From assembly GCA_021731365.1 (NCBI GenBank), contig JAKFXL010000017.1, positions 41,755 to 105,754 on the forward strand: 64,000 bases of DNA, written 5' to 3'. The position numbers and the translations under genes are program-made. Shown in pieces: positions 26,898-38,065 of the stretch (positions are counted from its first letter, which is position 1; every line of letters starts with the position of its first letter). The DNA comes from Gammaproteobacteria bacterium (GTDB lineage Bacteria; Pseudomonadota; Gammaproteobacteria; Tenderiales; Tenderiaceae). The notes under the pieces are model-generated. The model worked only from the letters and a program-made list of their open reading frames with translations. It was not told the origin of the DNA and did not search any database.

Positions 26898-27353
26898 ATG
26901 TTTCGGGGTGTAAGTGCGATCAATGTAGATGCAAAGGGCCGCATGGCAATGCCGGCCAAGTATCGCGATCGCCTTCAGGAATGTTGTGCCAGCCGTTTGG
27001 TGTTGACCGTTGACCTTGACCGCTGCCTGCTGCTCTTCCCTGAGCCGGACTGGGATCAGTTTGAACGTAAGTTGATGCAGCTGCCCACGCTTAATCCCCG
27101 CACCCGCCGCCTGCAGCGCCTCTTTTTGGGCCACGCGGCGGAGTGTGAGATCGATAATCAGGGGCGCATTTTGCTGCCGCAGCTGCTGCGTGAATATGCC
27201 GGGCTGGATAAACATGTGGTGCTGGTGGGGCAGGGGGCCAAGTTTGAGTTGTGGGATGAGGCGAGCTGGAATACGAGCCGTGAGACTTGGTTGGCTGAAG
27301 AGTCGGCCTCAACAGATGCATTGCCAGTTGAATTGGAAACATTGTCATTTTGA
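26898..27353 (+). CDS. mraZ: transcriptional regulator MraZ
   Basis: [24 protein letters not shown]… Two MraZ/SpoVT-AbrB repeats. First gene of the dcw cluster. Confidence 0.95.
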   Translation: MFRGVSAINVDAKGRMAMPAKYRDRLQECCASRLVLTVDLDRCLLLFPEPDWDQFERKLMQLPTLNPRTRRLQRLFLGHAAECEIDNQGRILLPQLLREYAGLDKHVVLVGQGAKFELWDEASWNTSRETWLAEESASTDALPVELETLSF

Positions 27354-28291
27354 ATAATATGGATGGTGAATTTGTTCATCGCCCGGTACTGCTGGAGGAG
27401 GCCTTGGTGGCGCTCGATCTCAAGCCCGATGGGATGTATGTGGATGCTACGTTTGGTCGTGGCGGCCATGCGGCGGCCATTTTGCAGCGTCTCGGGCCAC
27501 AGGGGCGGTTGCTGGCCATCGACAAAGATCCGGACGCCATAGCGGCTGCCCGCGACCGCTTTGCTGACGAGCCACGTTTCTCCATTTTTCACGGCAGTTT
27601 TGCCGAGCTTGGTGCGGCCGTTGATGCGGCGGGTGTGCGTGGCCAGGTAGATGGTCTGCTGTTGGATTTAGGTGTCTCTTCACCGCAGCTGGATGATGCC
27701 AGCCGTGGGTTTAGTTTTATGCGTGATGGTCCCCTTGATATGCGCATGGATGTGAGTCGTGGCCTGTCGGCAGCGCAGTGGCTGGCGCAGGCGGGTGAGG
27801 GTGAAATTTCCCGTGTTTTAAAGGAGTTGGGCGAAGAGCGGTTTGCTAAACGTATCGCCCGTGCCATCGTCACCACCCGCCAGGAGAATCCCATTGAGAC
27901 GACTCGCCAATTGGCGAAGTTGGTGACTGAGGCGATTCCGCGCTGGGAGCCGGACAAAAACCCGGCGACCCGCAGCTTCCAGGCGATCCGTATCTTTATC
28001 AACCGCGAGCTGGACGATATTCGCGACTGTATGGATCAGGTGGTGGAGGTGTTGGCAGTGGGTGGTCGGCTGGCGGTGATCAGCTTCCATTCGCTGGAGG
28101 ACCGGATTGTTAAACGTTTCATGCGTGATGAAGCGCGGGGTGATGATTTTCCTGTGGGTCTGCCAGTGACGGTGGATCAGTTGCAGCCTACCTTGCGTGT
28201 GGTGGGTAGAGCAGTCAAGCCGACGCCGGGTGAGGTGGATGAAAATCCACGGGCGCGCAGTGCTGTGTTGCGTATTGCGGAGAAGATGTGA
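27350..28291 (+). CDS. rsmH: 16S rRNA (cytosine1402-N4)-methyltransferase RsmH
   Basis: [13 protein letters not shown]…GGHA… SAM-dependent methyltransferase motifs. Overlaps the mraZ stop. Confidence 0.95.
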   Translation: MNNMDGEFVHRPVLLEEALVALDLKPDGMYVDATFGRGGHAAAILQRLGPQGRLLAIDKDPDAIAAARDRFADEPRFSIFHGSFAELGAAVDAAGVRGQVDGLLLDLGVSSPQLDDASRGFSFMRDGPLDMRMDVSRGLSAAQWLAQAGEGEISRVLKELGEERFAKRIARAIVTTRQENPIETTRQLAKLVTEAIPRWEPDKNPATRSFQAIRIFINRELDDIRDCMDQVVEVLAVGGRLAVISFHSLEDRIVKRFMRDEARGDDFPVGLPVTVDQLQPTLRVVGRAVKPTPGEVDENPRARSAVLRIAEKM

Positions 28292-28602
28292 GCGCATATC
28301 CGGCAGCGGTTAAAAAGAGTCAGCAGGTTTGGTACGGCAGTGGCGTGACGGTGCTGCTGTTGTTGGGGTGTGCGGTAATGGCATCGGCGCTGGCGGTGGT
28401 CTACTCCAAATATCAGAGCCGTACGCTGTTTGTTGAGTTGCAGGCGCTGAACAAGGCGCGTGATGCCATGGATATCGAGTGGGGACAGTTGCAGTTGGAG
28501 CAGAGCACCTGGACAGATAATGGCCGTATCGAAGGGATTGCCCGGAGCCATCTGGGTATGTTGGTGCCTGAGACAAACCAGATTGTGGTGGTGCGGCCAT
28601 GA
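28288..28602 (+). CDS. ftsL: cell division protein FtsL
   Basis: 104 aa, single TM plus coiled coil, between rsmH and ftsI. Overlapping stop/start. Confidence 0.8.
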   Translation: MSAYPAAVKKSQQVWYGSGVTVLLLLGCAVMASALAVVYSKYQSRTLFVELQALNKARDAMDIEWGQLQLEQSTWTDNGRIEGIARSHLGMLVPETNQIVVVRP

Positions 28603-30356
28603 GTACTCCCGTGCGGTCGGAGGCCTGGCGGCGCTGGTTTATCCTGGGGCTGCTGGTCTGTGGTGCGGTGGGTCTGGTATGGCGTTCTGTCTATCTGCAA
28701 TGGGTGAATCAGGATTTTTTGCAAAATCAAGGCGATGCGCGTCATCTGCGGGTCGTGGAGCTGGCGGCAAATCGCGGCGTGATCATGGATCGCAACAATG
28801 AACCGCTGGCCATCAGTACGCCGGTGGATTCGGTGTGGGTCAATCCCAAGCTCTTTCTGGCCAGCGCAGGCAGCAGTGATGTGGCGCTCCTGGCCAAGTC
28901 CCTGGAGATGAAGCCGGAGGAGTTGAGCCAGAAGATTGGCCTGCGTGCTGACCGCGAGTTTGTCTATGTGAAACGTCGTGTTGCGCCTGAGCTGGCGGAG
29001 CGGGTTGCGCGCCTTGGCCTGGCGGGTGTCTCGTTACAGCGTGAGTATCGCCGTTACTACCCGATGGCCGAAGTGGCAGGCCATGTGGTTGGTTTTACCA
29101 GTGTGGATGACGAGGGGCAGGAGGGTATTGAGCTGGCCTTTGATGAGCAGCTGCGTGGCACGCGTGGTGCCAAACGGGTGCTGCGTGACAGTCTGGGCAA
29201 TGTGGTTGAGACGGTGGAGAGTATCTCTGAACCGCAGCCAGGCCAGGACTTGGTATTGAGTATCGATCGTCGTATCCAGTATCTGGCCTACCGCGAACTG
29301 AAGGCGGCGGTACAGACCCATCGTGCCAAGTCGGCCTCAGCGGTGATTCTGGATGTGCAGACTGGCGAGGTGCTGGCCATGGTCAATCAACCCAGTTTTA
29401 ACCCCAATAACCGTGCCAGTTACGATACCAGCCATAACCGCAATCGTGCCGTGACCGATCTGTTTGAGCCGGGCTCCACTATTAAGTCGTTCACCGTGGC
29501 GGCGGCGCTGGAGGCGGGTAAAATTACGCCAAGCACTGTTATTGATACCGCCCCCGGCTATATGCGGGTGGGGCGCAATACGATTCGTGATGCGGTGAAC
29601 TACGGCACTATTGATATCTCTACCGTTTTGCAGAAATCGAGCAATATCGGTGCCTCCAAAATTGCCTTTGAGATTACCCCGGAACAGCTCTGGAAAACCT
29701 TCAGCAATGTCGGTTTTGGGGTGGCCAGTGGTAGCCGTTTTCCCGGTGAGGCGAGTGGTGTGATTGGTGATTACTGGCGCTGGAAGCAGATCCAGCAGGC
29801 CAGCCACTCCTATGGATATGGCATGTCAGTGACGGCGTTGCAGCTGGCGCGGGCGTATGGTGTGTTGGCGGCGGATGGGGTATTACGCCCCGTTTCGTTT
29901 GTCAAAGTGGATGAGGCCCCGGTAGGGCAGCAGGTGATGCCGGCCGCAGTGGCGCGTGAAGTGCGCACGATGCTGGAGAGTGTTGTGGCCGATGCCGGAA
30001 CCGGTAAACGTGCACGGGTGACCGGATACCATGTGGCAGGCAAGACCGGCACCATTCACCGCAGTATTAGTGGTGGTTATGCCGATGACCGTTTCAGCGC
30101 GCTGTTTGCCGGTATTGCGCCCGCCACCAAACCGCGTCTGGCGATGGTGGTGGTGGTGCATGAACCGACGGGTAATGAGTACCACGGTGGCAGTGTTGCA
30201 GCGCCAGTATTTGCCAGGGTGATGAGCGGTGCGTTACGGCTGCTGAACGTCGCCCCCGATGATCTGCAGAGCATGAAGGTGCATCAGGCAGCGCTGCCGG
30301 ACGGGGCGGCTGGTGCAGGTCGTCTGGTGCGGACCTCTGCCGGAGGGGCGCAGTGA
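28599..30356 (+). CDS. ftsI: peptidoglycan D,D-transpeptidase FtsI (PBP3)
   Basis: 585 aa. SxxK (STIK), SSN and KTGT motifs. Conserved dcw position. Confidence 0.95.
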   Translation: MSTPVRSEAWRRWFILGLLVCGAVGLVWRSVYLQWVNQDFLQNQGDARHLRVVELAANRGVIMDRNNEPLAISTPVDSVWVNPKLFLASAGSSDVALLAKSLEMKPEELSQKIGLRADREFVYVKRRVAPELAERVARLGLAGVSLQREYRRYYPMAEVAGHVVGFTSVDDEGQEGIELAFDEQLRGTRGAKRVLRDSLGNVVETVESISEPQPGQDLVLSIDRRIQYLAYRELKAAVQTHRAKSASAVILDVQTGEVLAMVNQPSFNPNNRASYDTSHNRNRAVTDLFEPGSTIKSFTVAAALEAGKITPSTVIDTAPGYMRVGRNTIRDAVNYGTIDISTVLQKSSNIGASKIAFEITPEQLWKTFSNVGFGVASGSRFPGEASGVIGDYWRWKQIQQASHSYGYGMSVTALQLARAYGVLAADGVLRPVSFVKVDEAPVGQQVMPAAVAREVRTMLESVVADAGTGKRARVTGYHVAGKTGTIHRSISGGYADDRFSALFAGIAPATKPRLAMVVVVHEPTGNEYHGGSVAAPVFARVMSGALRLLNVAPDDLQSMKVHQAALPDGAAGAGRLVRTSAGGAQ

Positions 30357-31828
30357 TGGTCGCGCCGCTGAGCACTCTGTTGCAGGGGTTGGTGGATGGT
30401 TCCGTGCCGGATCTGCAGGTGAGTGGATTGAGTCTTGATAGTCGTTGTGTTAATCGTGGCGACCTGTTTATGGCCCTGCCGGGCAGCCGCGCCCAGGGCC
30501 ACACCTTTGTGGCTGCCGCCGTGGCGGCGGGTGCGGTGGCGGTACTGTTTGATAAAAGTGTCGGGGCGGTGGATGGCGGCGGTGTGCCGGCTATTGCTGT
30601 GGTCGATCTGGCCCATAAGGCGGGTGCAGTGGCGGAGCGTTTTTATGACCACCCCTCAGTCGCACTGTTGATGGTGGGGGTGACCGGTACCAACGGCAAA
30701 ACGTCATGCAGCCACTTCATCGCCCAGGCCCTGGATGGCCAGCCCACAGCGAGCGCCGTGGTGGGCACACTGGGCAACGGCCCGGTGGGTCAGCTGGATG
30801 TGGCAACCCATACCACGCCCGATGCCCTGAGCCTGCACGCCATGCTGCGTGGCTTTGTGGACCGGGGGATCGGCCAGGTGGCGATGGAAGTCTCTTCCCA
30901 CGGCCTCGACCAGGGGCGTGTCAGTGGTATTCATTTTGACGTCGCGGTATTCACCAATCTGAGCCGTGATCACCTCGACTACCACGGTGATATGGAGAGT
31001 TATGGCCGTGCCAAGGCGCGGCTCTTTGCCATGGCCGGTCTGCGTCATGGGGTGATCAACGGTGATGACCGGTTTGGCCAGCAGCTGTTGGCGCAGTTGC
31101 CCGCCACAGTAGCGGGGGTGGCCTACACCTTGGGGCAGGCCCACTTCGAAGTTCCCACAGTACGTGGCCGGTTATTGAGCATCGGCCGTGACGGTTTACA
31201 GCTGGCGGTGGATAGCCCCTGGGGCAACGGTCAGTTCACCAGCCCGTTGCTGGGCCGTTTTAACGCCAGCAATCTGCTGGCGGTCTTGGCAACGCTGCTG
31301 GTCACAGGCATGCCTTTTGAAACGGCGCTGAAACGGCTCGAAACCTTGCAGACCGTGCCTGGGCGGATGGAGCGTTTTGGTGCCGCCGGGCAGCCGCTGG
31401 TGGTGGTTGATTATGCCCACACCCCGGACGCCCTGGAGCAGGTGCTGCTCACACTGCGTGAACATTGTGACGGCCAGCTCTGGTGCCTGTTTGGCTGCGG
31501 CGGTGATCGTGACCAAGGTAAGCGGCCGCTGATGGGGGCGATTGCTGAACGGCTAGCCGACCATCTGGTGGTGACTGATGACAACCCCCGTTATGAAGAT
31601 GGGCAACAGATTATCAGTGAAATCCTGGCAGGCATGGCATCGCCACACAATGTAGTGGTAATACGTGCCCGTGACGCAGCCATCCGCCATGCCATCAAAC
31701 AGGCAGGCGGTTCTGATGTGGTGCTGATTGCCGGTAAAGGACACGAGGAGTATCAGCTGGAGGGGGGTAACAGACGTCCCTTCAGTGATCGGGCGCAGGT
31801 TGAGGCAGTATTGAGGGCAGCCGCATGA
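30353..31828 (+). CDS. murE: UDP-N-acetylmuramoyl-L-alanyl-D-glutamate--2,6-diaminopimelate ligase MurE
   Basis: Mur ligase, GVTGTNGKTS P-loop. Conserved position. Confidence 0.95.
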   Translation: MMVAPLSTLLQGLVDGSVPDLQVSGLSLDSRCVNRGDLFMALPGSRAQGHTFVAAAVAAGAVAVLFDKSVGAVDGGGVPAIAVVDLAHKAGAVAERFYDHPSVALLMVGVTGTNGKTSCSHFIAQALDGQPTASAVVGTLGNGPVGQLDVATHTTPDALSLHAMLRGFVDRGIGQVAMEVSSHGLDQGRVSGIHFDVAVFTNLSRDHLDYHGDMESYGRAKARLFAMAGLRHGVINGDDRFGQQLLAQLPATVAGVAYTLGQAHFEVPTVRGRLLSIGRDGLQLAVDSPWGNGQFTSPLLGRFNASNLLAVLATLLVTGMPFETALKRLETLQTVPGRMERFGAAGQPLVVVDYAHTPDALEQVLLTLREHCDGQLWCLFGCGGDRDQGKRPLMGAIAERLADHLVVTDDNPRYEDGQQIISEILAGMASPHNVVVIRARDAAIRHAIKQAGGSDVVLIAGKGHEEYQLEGGNRRPFSDRAQVEAVLRAAA

Positions 31829-33261
31829 CAACAATGATGAATCTGCAGCAGTTGGTGACCGCGCTGGCGGTCAGTGATGCAGCACAGGGTGTGGGGGATA
31901 TGGAGGCGGTGTTTTCGGCCGTCTCGACCGATACCCGCAAGATTAAAACCGGCGATCTGTTTGTGGCGCTGCGTGGCCCCAACTTTGATGGCCATCAATT
32001 TGTAGCCCAGGCCCGTGCCAGTGGTGCAGTGGCGGCGATTGTTGACCATCCGCTCGATGATGCGCTGCCTCAGGTGGTGGTTACCGATACCCGGCTGGCG
32101 CTGGGTCGTCTGGGGGCCTATTGGCGTCGCCGGTTCACACCCACCGTGGTGGGGGTGACAGGTAGCAACGGAAAAACTACAGTTAAAGAGATGCTGGCTT
32201 CAATCCTTACTGCAACTATGGAGCAGTCTGGAACACACCCGGGAACGGTGCTGGCCACGGATGGCAACTTGAACAACGATATCGGCGTACCGCTGATGCT
32301 GTTGCGGTTAAATCCCCAACAACACGGTTGCGCTGTGATTGAGATGGGTGCCAACCATCCCGGTGAAATCGAATACCTGAGTGCCTTGGTGCAGCCTGAT
32401 GTGGCGCTGATCACCAATGCCGGTTCCGCCCATATTGAGGGGTTTGGTGGCACGGTAGAGCACGTAGCCCGCGCCAAGGGCGAGATTTGGATGGGGTTGA
32501 AGGAGTCTGGCACCGCAGTCATTAATGCCGACGATACCTATGCGGACTACTGGCGCGAGCTGGTGGGTGAGCGTCCTACCTTCACCTTTGGCATGGCACC
32601 GGGGTCTGATGTTGCCCTGGGTGATGGTGGGGTGCAGTGGACACTGGAACACGGCTGTTTCAAAAGCCACTTTGTGATCCAGACCGGCCATGGCAGTGTC
32701 GAAATCTCCATGTCCCTGGCGGGACGCCACAATGTGATGAATGCCCTGGCAGCCACGGCGGCCGCATTGGCCGCGGGTGCAACGCTAACCGCTGTGCAGA
32801 GTGGTTTGAATGCCATGCGCCCGGTGAAGGGGCGTCTGCAGCCGAAGGTGGCGCTGGCTGGACAGCTGCTGATTGATGACAGTTACAACGCCAATCCACA
32901 GTCGATGAACGCGGCGGTGGATGTGCTGGTGCAGTCTCCCGGTCAAACCATGTTAGTGATGGGGGATATGGGCGAGCTGGGTGAACAGGCCCCTTTATTG
33001 CACCATCAGGTGGGCGCACGGGCGCAGCAGCTAGGGGTAACACGGCTGCTGGCGACGGGGCCACTCTGCCGTGAAGCGGTGCGGGGTTTTGGTTCGGCAG
33101 CGTTGTGGTTTGAGACCCAGGGTGAGCTGATTGCCGGGCTGAGTGCCCTGTTGATGCAGGATGAGTATCGTCATGCCGCCGTGCTGGTGAAGGGATCACG
33201 CAGCGCGGTTATGGAGCGGGTGGTTGAGGCGGTGCAGCTGCAAGGGGGGCGTCCATGCTGA
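31825..33261 (+). CDS. murF: UDP-N-acetylmuramoyl-tripeptide--D-alanyl-D-alanine ligase MurF
   Basis: Mur ligase, [10 protein letters not shown]. Conserved position. Confidence 0.95.
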   Translation: MTTMMNLQQLVTALAVSDAAQGVGDMEAVFSAVSTDTRKIKTGDLFVALRGPNFDGHQFVAQARASGAVAAIVDHPLDDALPQVVVTDTRLALGRLGAYWRRRFTPTVVGVTGSNGKTTVKEMLASILTATMEQSGTHPGTVLATDGNLNNDIGVPLMLLRLNPQQHGCAVIEMGANHPGEIEYLSALVQPDVALITNAGSAHIEGFGGTVEHVARAKGEIWMGLKESGTAVINADDTYADYWRELVGERPTFTFGMAPGSDVALGDGGVQWTLEHGCFKSHFVIQTGHGSVEISMSLAGRHNVMNALAATAAALAAGATLTAVQSGLNAMRPVKGRLQPKVALAGQLLIDDSYNANPQSMNAAVDVLVQSPGQTMLVMGDMGELGEQAPLLHHQVGARAQQLGVTRLLATGPLCREAVRGFGSAALWFETQGELIAGLSALLMQDEYRHAAVLVKGSRSAVMERVVEAVQLQGGRPC

Positions 33262-34337
33262 TCTGGCTGGCTGATTACCTGTCGCAGTACCACACCGGTT
33301 TCCGGGTGGTGAACTACATCACCTTCCGCGCCATCATCGCGATATTGACGGCGCTGCTGCTCTGTTTCCTGGTGGGCCCGGCGATGATCCGTAAGCTCAG
33401 TTTCTATAAAGTCGGCCAGCAGATTCGTGAGCTGGGGCCGCAGAGCCACTTCAGTAAGGCCGGCACCCCAACCATGGGCGGTGCGTTGATCCTGGTCTCC
33501 ATCGCTATTAGCACCCTGTTGTGGGGTGATCTGCACAACCGTTACGTCTGGGTGGTGCTGCTGGTGACGCTGCTGTTTGGCGGCATCGGTTTTTATGATG
33601 ATTATAAAAAGATGGTGCTCAGGGACTCACGGGGCATCTCTGCCAAGGCCAAGTATTTCTGGCAGTCACTGTTTGGACTGGCGGCGGCGGTCTATCTCTA
33701 TACCACGGCGACCATCCCTGCTGAAACTGAGTTGCTGATCCCCTTTATCAAACATACCGCGATCAGTCTGGGGGCCATGTATATCGTGCTCACCTACTTT
33801 GTGGTGGTGGGTACCAGCAACGCGGTCAATCTCACCGATGGTCTGGATGGCCTGGCGATTATGCCAACGGTGATGGTGGCCGGGGCGCTGGGGATCTTTG
33901 CCTACGTCACCGGTCATGTCCAGTTTGCCGCCTATCTGGGTATTCCTTATATAGAAGGTGTGGGTGAGGTGGCGATATTTTGCGCCACTATTGTTGGCGC
34001 TGGCCTGGGGTTTCTCTGGTTCAACACCTATCCGGCCCAGGTCTTTATGGGCGATGTGGGTGCGCTGGCGCTGGGTGCGGCACTGGGCATCGTTGCCGTG
34101 GTGGTGCGCCAGGAGCTGGTGTTACTGATCATGGGTGGCGTGTTTGTGATGGAGACGGTCTCGGTGATGTTGCAGGTGATCTCTTTCAAACTCACCGGCA
34201 AACGCATCTTCCGCATGGCACCGATCCACCACCATTTTGAACTCAAGGGTTGGCCCGAGCCACGGGTCATTGTCCGTTTCTGGATCATCACCGTCATTCT
34301 GGTGTTGATCGGCCTCGCTTCACTGAAGCTGCGTTAG
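33255..34337 (+). CDS. mraY: phospho-N-acetylmuramoyl-pentapeptide transferase MraY
   Basis: 360 aa polytopic membrane protein. [13 protein letters not shown] motif. Confidence 0.95.
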   Translation: MLIWLADYLSQYHTGFRVVNYITFRAIIAILTALLLCFLVGPAMIRKLSFYKVGQQIRELGPQSHFSKAGTPTMGGALILVSIAISTLLWGDLHNRYVWVVLLVTLLFGGIGFYDDYKKMVLRDSRGISAKAKYFWQSLFGLAAAVYLYTTATIPAETELLIPFIKHTAISLGAMYIVLTYFVVVGTSNAVNLTDGLDGLAIMPTVMVAGALGIFAYVTGHVQFAAYLGIPYIEGVGEVAIFCATIVGAGLGFLWFNTYPAQVFMGDVGALALGAALGIVAVVVRQELVLLIMGGVFVMETVSVMLQVISFKLTGKRIFRMAPIHHHFELKGWPEPRVIVRFWIITVILVLIGLASLKLR

Positions 34338-34344
34338 GGCGGAG

Positions 34345-35724
34345 ATGACGATGACACCAGCAGTGATGGATAACAGGGTAGCAGCGGCGCAGGGTAAAAC
34401 TGTGGTGGTGGGTCTGGGCAAGACTGGACTCTCCTGTGCCCGTTATCTGCGTCAGCAAGGTGTGGATGTGGTGGTGGTGGATAGCCGCGCCGAGCCGCCA
34501 GGGCTGGAAGTTTTGCAGCAGGAGCTGCCCGAGGTGCCGGTCTTTCTCGGTCCGTTTGATGGCCGCATGTTAAGTCAGGCGGCGCTGCTGGTGGTGAGTC
34601 CCGGCGTGGCGCTGGAGCAACATGCCATTGCTGAGGCAGTGGCCAACGGTGTGGCGGCCATCGGTGATATTGAGCTGTTTGCCCAGCAGGCCAACGCGCC
34701 GGTAGTGGCGATCACCGGATCCAACGGTAAGAGCACTGTCACCACGCTGGTCTACGAGATGGCCCGCACCGCCGGACTGGATGTGCGGGTCGGTGGCAAT
34801 CTTGGCACCCCGGCGCTGGAGCTGCTGGATGAGCAGGAGCCTGATCTGTATGTGCTGGAACTCTCCAGCTTTCAGCTGGAGACAACTTCGTCACTCAAGT
34901 TGGCCGCAGCAACGGTCTTAAATATCAGCCAGGACCATCTTGATCGGTACCGTGATATGCAGGCCTATATCAACGCCAAACGCCGAATCTTTTTGGGTGC
35001 TGAGGTCTGGTTGATCAATGTAGACGACCCCATGGTGAACCACTGGTGTCAGCCCGATAGCCGTTGCCTCCGCTTTGGTCTGGGGACCCCGGCCACCCGT
35101 TTCGATTTTGGCGTGCGTGAGGCGCAGGGCAGACGTTGGTTGGCCCGTGGCGATGAGCTGTTGATGCCTGTGACTGAATTGAAGGTGGCGGGTATGCACA
35201 ATGTAGCCAACGCACTGGCCGCCTTGGCGCTGGGCGATGCGGTAGGCCTGCCCATGGCGGCCATGTGTGAAACGTTGCGCCAGTTTCCTGGCTTGGCCCA
35301 CCGCTGTCAGTGGGTGGCGGAAGAGGGGGGCGTGGCCTGGTTCAATGACTCCAAGGCCACCAATGTGGGGGCTGCTGTGGCGGCCATTACTGGCATGGCG
35401 GATGGCTCAGGTAAGGTGGTATTGATTGCCGGTGGAGAAGGCAAGGGACAGGATTTTTCGCCCCTGCGGCCCGCCATGGCGGCTAAAGGTCGGGCGGTCA
35501 TTTTGATCGGCCGCGACGCCTCGCTGATCAAAACAGCGTTGGGTGATGTGGTGAGAACGGTCTTTGCTGCCAACCTCGGGGATGCAGTGAGCCAGGCGCG
35601 GGCGTTGGCCCAGCCCGGTGATGCGGTGTTGTTGGCCCCCGCCTGTGCCAGCTTTGACATGTTTAGCGGTTATGAAGATCGTGGTGAGCAGTTTGTGGAG
35701 ACGGTTGTGAGGGCGTTGCAATGA
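34345..35724 (+). CDS. murD: UDP-N-acetylmuramoylalanine--D-glutamate ligase MurD
   Basis: Mur ligase, GSNGKST. Conserved position. Confidence 0.95.
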   Translation: MTMTPAVMDNRVAAAQGKTVVVGLGKTGLSCARYLRQQGVDVVVVDSRAEPPGLEVLQQELPEVPVFLGPFDGRMLSQAALLVVSPGVALEQHAIAEAVANGVAAIGDIELFAQQANAPVVAITGSNGKSTVTTLVYEMARTAGLDVRVGGNLGTPALELLDEQEPDLYVLELSSFQLETTSSLKLAAATVLNISQDHLDRYRDMQAYINAKRRIFLGAEVWLINVDDPMVNHWCQPDSRCLRFGLGTPATRFDFGVREAQGRRWLARGDELLMPVTELKVAGMHNVANALAALALGDAVGLPMAAMCETLRQFPGLAHRCQWVAEEGGVAWFNDSKATNVGAAVAAITGMADGSGKVVLIAGGEGKGQDFSPLRPAMAAKGRAVILIGRDASLIKTALGDVVRTVFAANLGDAVSQARALAQPGDAVLLAPACASFDMFSGYEDRGEQFVETVVRALQ

Positions 35725-36965
35725 GCGTTGCAGCGGCACTGATGGCGAAGTTACCCCTGTTGGGCGGGCGCAAACTGCTGCTGCAGCCCAATAATAAGAT
35801 GATGGATCTCTGGCTGGTATCGGCGTTAATCCTGCTGCTGGCCATCGGGTTGGTGATGGTCAGCTCGGCGTCACTGCATATCTCTGAGCGTACCTTTAAC
35901 CAGCCCTGGTACTACACCATCCGTCAGGCTGCGTTTATGGTGATTGGATTGGTGGCGGCGCTAATTGTGCTGCGTATCCCGCTGGTCGTCTGGGAACGGC
36001 TGGGACCGATGCTGCTGATCTGCGGCATGGTGTTACTGGTGATGGTGCTGATCCCGGGGGTGGGGCGCAAGATCAATGGCGCGGCGCGCTGGCTCAACCT
36101 TGGCATCTTCAATCTTCAGGTCTCTGAATTGATTAAGCTGTTTGTGGTGATCTATATGGCCGGTTATCTGGTACGCCGCGGTGATGAGATACGCAATACT
36201 GTAAGAGGATTTCTAAAACCCATGGGTGTTTTGGCTGTAGTGGCGGTGCTGTTGCTGCTGGAACCTGACTTTGGTGCCACTTCAGTGATATTGATGACCG
36301 CGATGGGCATGCTCTTTATTGGTGGTGTGCGGCTCTGGCAGTTTGGGGTGTTGATTGCGGCAGTGGCCTCGGCAATGGCGGCGCTGGCGATTACCTCTCC
36401 CTACCGTATGCAGCGCCTGACCACCTTTCTTGACCCCTGGGCCGACCCGTGGGCCAGTGGTTTTCAGCTCACACAGGCGCTGATTGCCATTGGTCGTGGC
36501 GAGATCTGGGGTGTGGGGCTGGGCAGTGGCGTGCAGAAGCTCTTCTATCTGCCTGAGGCCCACACTGACTTTCTTTTCTCGGTGATGGCGGAGGAGTTTG
36601 GCCTGCTGGGGTCGGTGGTGGTGATCGGCCTGTTTGTCACACTGGTGGTGCGCGCCTTTGTGATTGGCAGCCGTGCTGAAAAGCTGGGTGCCCATTTTAG
36701 TGGCTATGTGGCCTATGGCTTGGGGTTGTGGCTGGGGTTGCAGGCGTTTATCAACATTGGCGTCAACATGGGGGTATTGCCAACCAAGGGGTTAACCCTG
36801 CCACTGATGAGTTATGGCGGCAGCAGTATTATCGTCACCTGCATGGCCGCAGCGCTGCTGTTGCGTATTGATCATGAGGTGCGGTTGATCAGCCGTCAAC
36901 CGGCCAAACATGACCATAAACCGGCACCACGCCGGGATGAGCTGAAATTGCGGGTGCGCACATGA
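35721..36965 (+). CDS. ftsW: peptidoglycan glycosyltransferase FtsW (SEDS family)
   Basis: 414 aa polytopic SEDS protein between murD and murG. Confidence 0.95.
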   Translation: MSVAAALMAKLPLLGGRKLLLQPNNKMMDLWLVSALILLLAIGLVMVSSASLHISERTFNQPWYYTIRQAAFMVIGLVAALIVLRIPLVVWERLGPMLLICGMVLLVMVLIPGVGRKINGAARWLNLGIFNLQVSELIKLFVVIYMAGYLVRRGDEIRNTVRGFLKPMGVLAVVAVLLLLEPDFGATSVILMTAMGMLFIGGVRLWQFGVLIAAVASAMAALAITSPYRMQRLTTFLDPWADPWASGFQLTQALIAIGRGEIWGVGLGSGVQKLFYLPEAHTDFLFSVMAEEFGLLGSVVVIGLFVTLVVRAFVIGSRAEKLGAHFSGYVAYGLGLWLGLQAFINIGVNMGVLPTKGLTLPLMSYGGSSIIVTCMAAALLLRIDHEVRLISRQPAKHDHKPAPRRDELKLRVRT

Positions 36966-38065
36966 CCGCCGTGGTGATGATTATGGCGGGTGGCACCGGT
37001 GGCCATGTTTTTCCGGCGTTGGCAGTGGCTGACGAGTTGCGTGCCCGTGGCATTGAGGTCTTTTGGCTCGGTACCCGCCACGGCCTGGAGGCCGAGCTGG
37101 TGCCTAAGGCAGGCATCGATATTGAGTGGATCTCTATTTCAGGGTTGCGCGGTAAAGGGTTGGTGGGTTGGTTGTTGGCGCCGTTGCGGTTGAGCAAGGC
37201 GTTGTTCCAGTCGTTGGAGGTGATTATGCGTCGACGTCCCATGGCAGTACTGGGGATGGGTGGTTTTGTGGCTGGCCCGGGTGGTTTGATGACCTGGCTG
37301 CTGCGCAAGCCACTGGTGATTCATGAGCAGAACGCGGTGGCAGGGTTGACCAATAAACTGCTGGCGCGGGTTGCCGGACGGGTGATTGAGGCCTTTCCCG
37401 GTACCTTTGCCCATAATCGTAACGCGCTGGCCATCGGTAATCCGGTGCGTGCCAGCATCGCTGCGCTACCCATGCCGGATGAGCGTATGGCGGGCCGTGA
37501 AGGGCCGTTGCGCCTGTTGGTGGTGGGCGGCAGTCTCGGCGCCAAGGCGCTGAATGAGACGGTACCGGCGGCGCTGGCCCTGCTCAGTAGTCAGCTGGCT
37601 GAATCAGAACGTCCCGAGGTGTGGCACCAGACAGGTGCCCGCAACCTTGAAGATGCCCGTTTACATTACAACAACAGCCAGGTGAGCGGCCGGGTGGATG
37701 CGTTTATCGACGACATGGCCGAGGCCTATGGCTGGGCCGATCTGGTGCTCTGCCGTGCCGGGGCGTTAACCGTCTCTGAGCTGGCCGCCGCCGGTGTCGC
37801 CTCGCTGCTGGTGCCGTTCCCTTATGCGGTGGACGATCACCAGACCGCCAACGCCCACTATCTGGTGGATAGTGGCGCGGCACTGTTGCTGCCGCAATTT
37901 GAACTGGATGCCCAGCGTCTCAGCGAAACAGTGCTGCGTTTTAGTCGTGATTGCCAGACGGGTCGTACCGAGTTGCGCGCCATGGCCAACAAGGCGCGTG
38001 CCAAGGCGATGGTTGATGCAGCACGGCAGGTGGCAGATATCTGCGAGGAGGCCACTTATGGCTAA
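36962..38065 (+). CDS. murG: UDP-GlcNAc--undecaprenyl-PP-MurNAc-pentapeptide GlcNAc transferase MurG
   Basis: [17 protein letters not shown]-terminus, GT28 family. Confidence 0.95.
   Translation: MTAVVMIMAGGTGGHVFPALAVADELRARGIEVFWLGTRHGLEAELVPKAGIDIEWISISGLRGKGLVGWLLAPLRLSKALFQSLEVIMRRRPMAVLGMGGFVAGPGGLMTWLLRKPLVIHEQNAVAGLTNKLLARVAGRVIEAFPGTFAHNRNALAIGNPVRASIAALPMPDERMAGREGPLRLLVVGGSLGAKALNETVPAALALLSSQLAESERPEVWHQTGARNLEDARLHYNNSQVSGRVDAFIDDMAEAYGWADLVLCRAGALTVSELAAAGVASLLVPFPYAVDDHQTANAHYLVDSGAALLLPQFELDAQRLSETVLRFSRDCQTGRTELRAMANKARAKAMVDAARQVADICEEATYG

Noticed and set aside
37794-38057. Upstream in-frame extension of murC (track ORF 37794..39470)
   Set aside because: It lies entirely inside murG in another frame. 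Canonical MurC N-terminus [22 protein letters not shown] starts at 38058 overlapping the murG stop.
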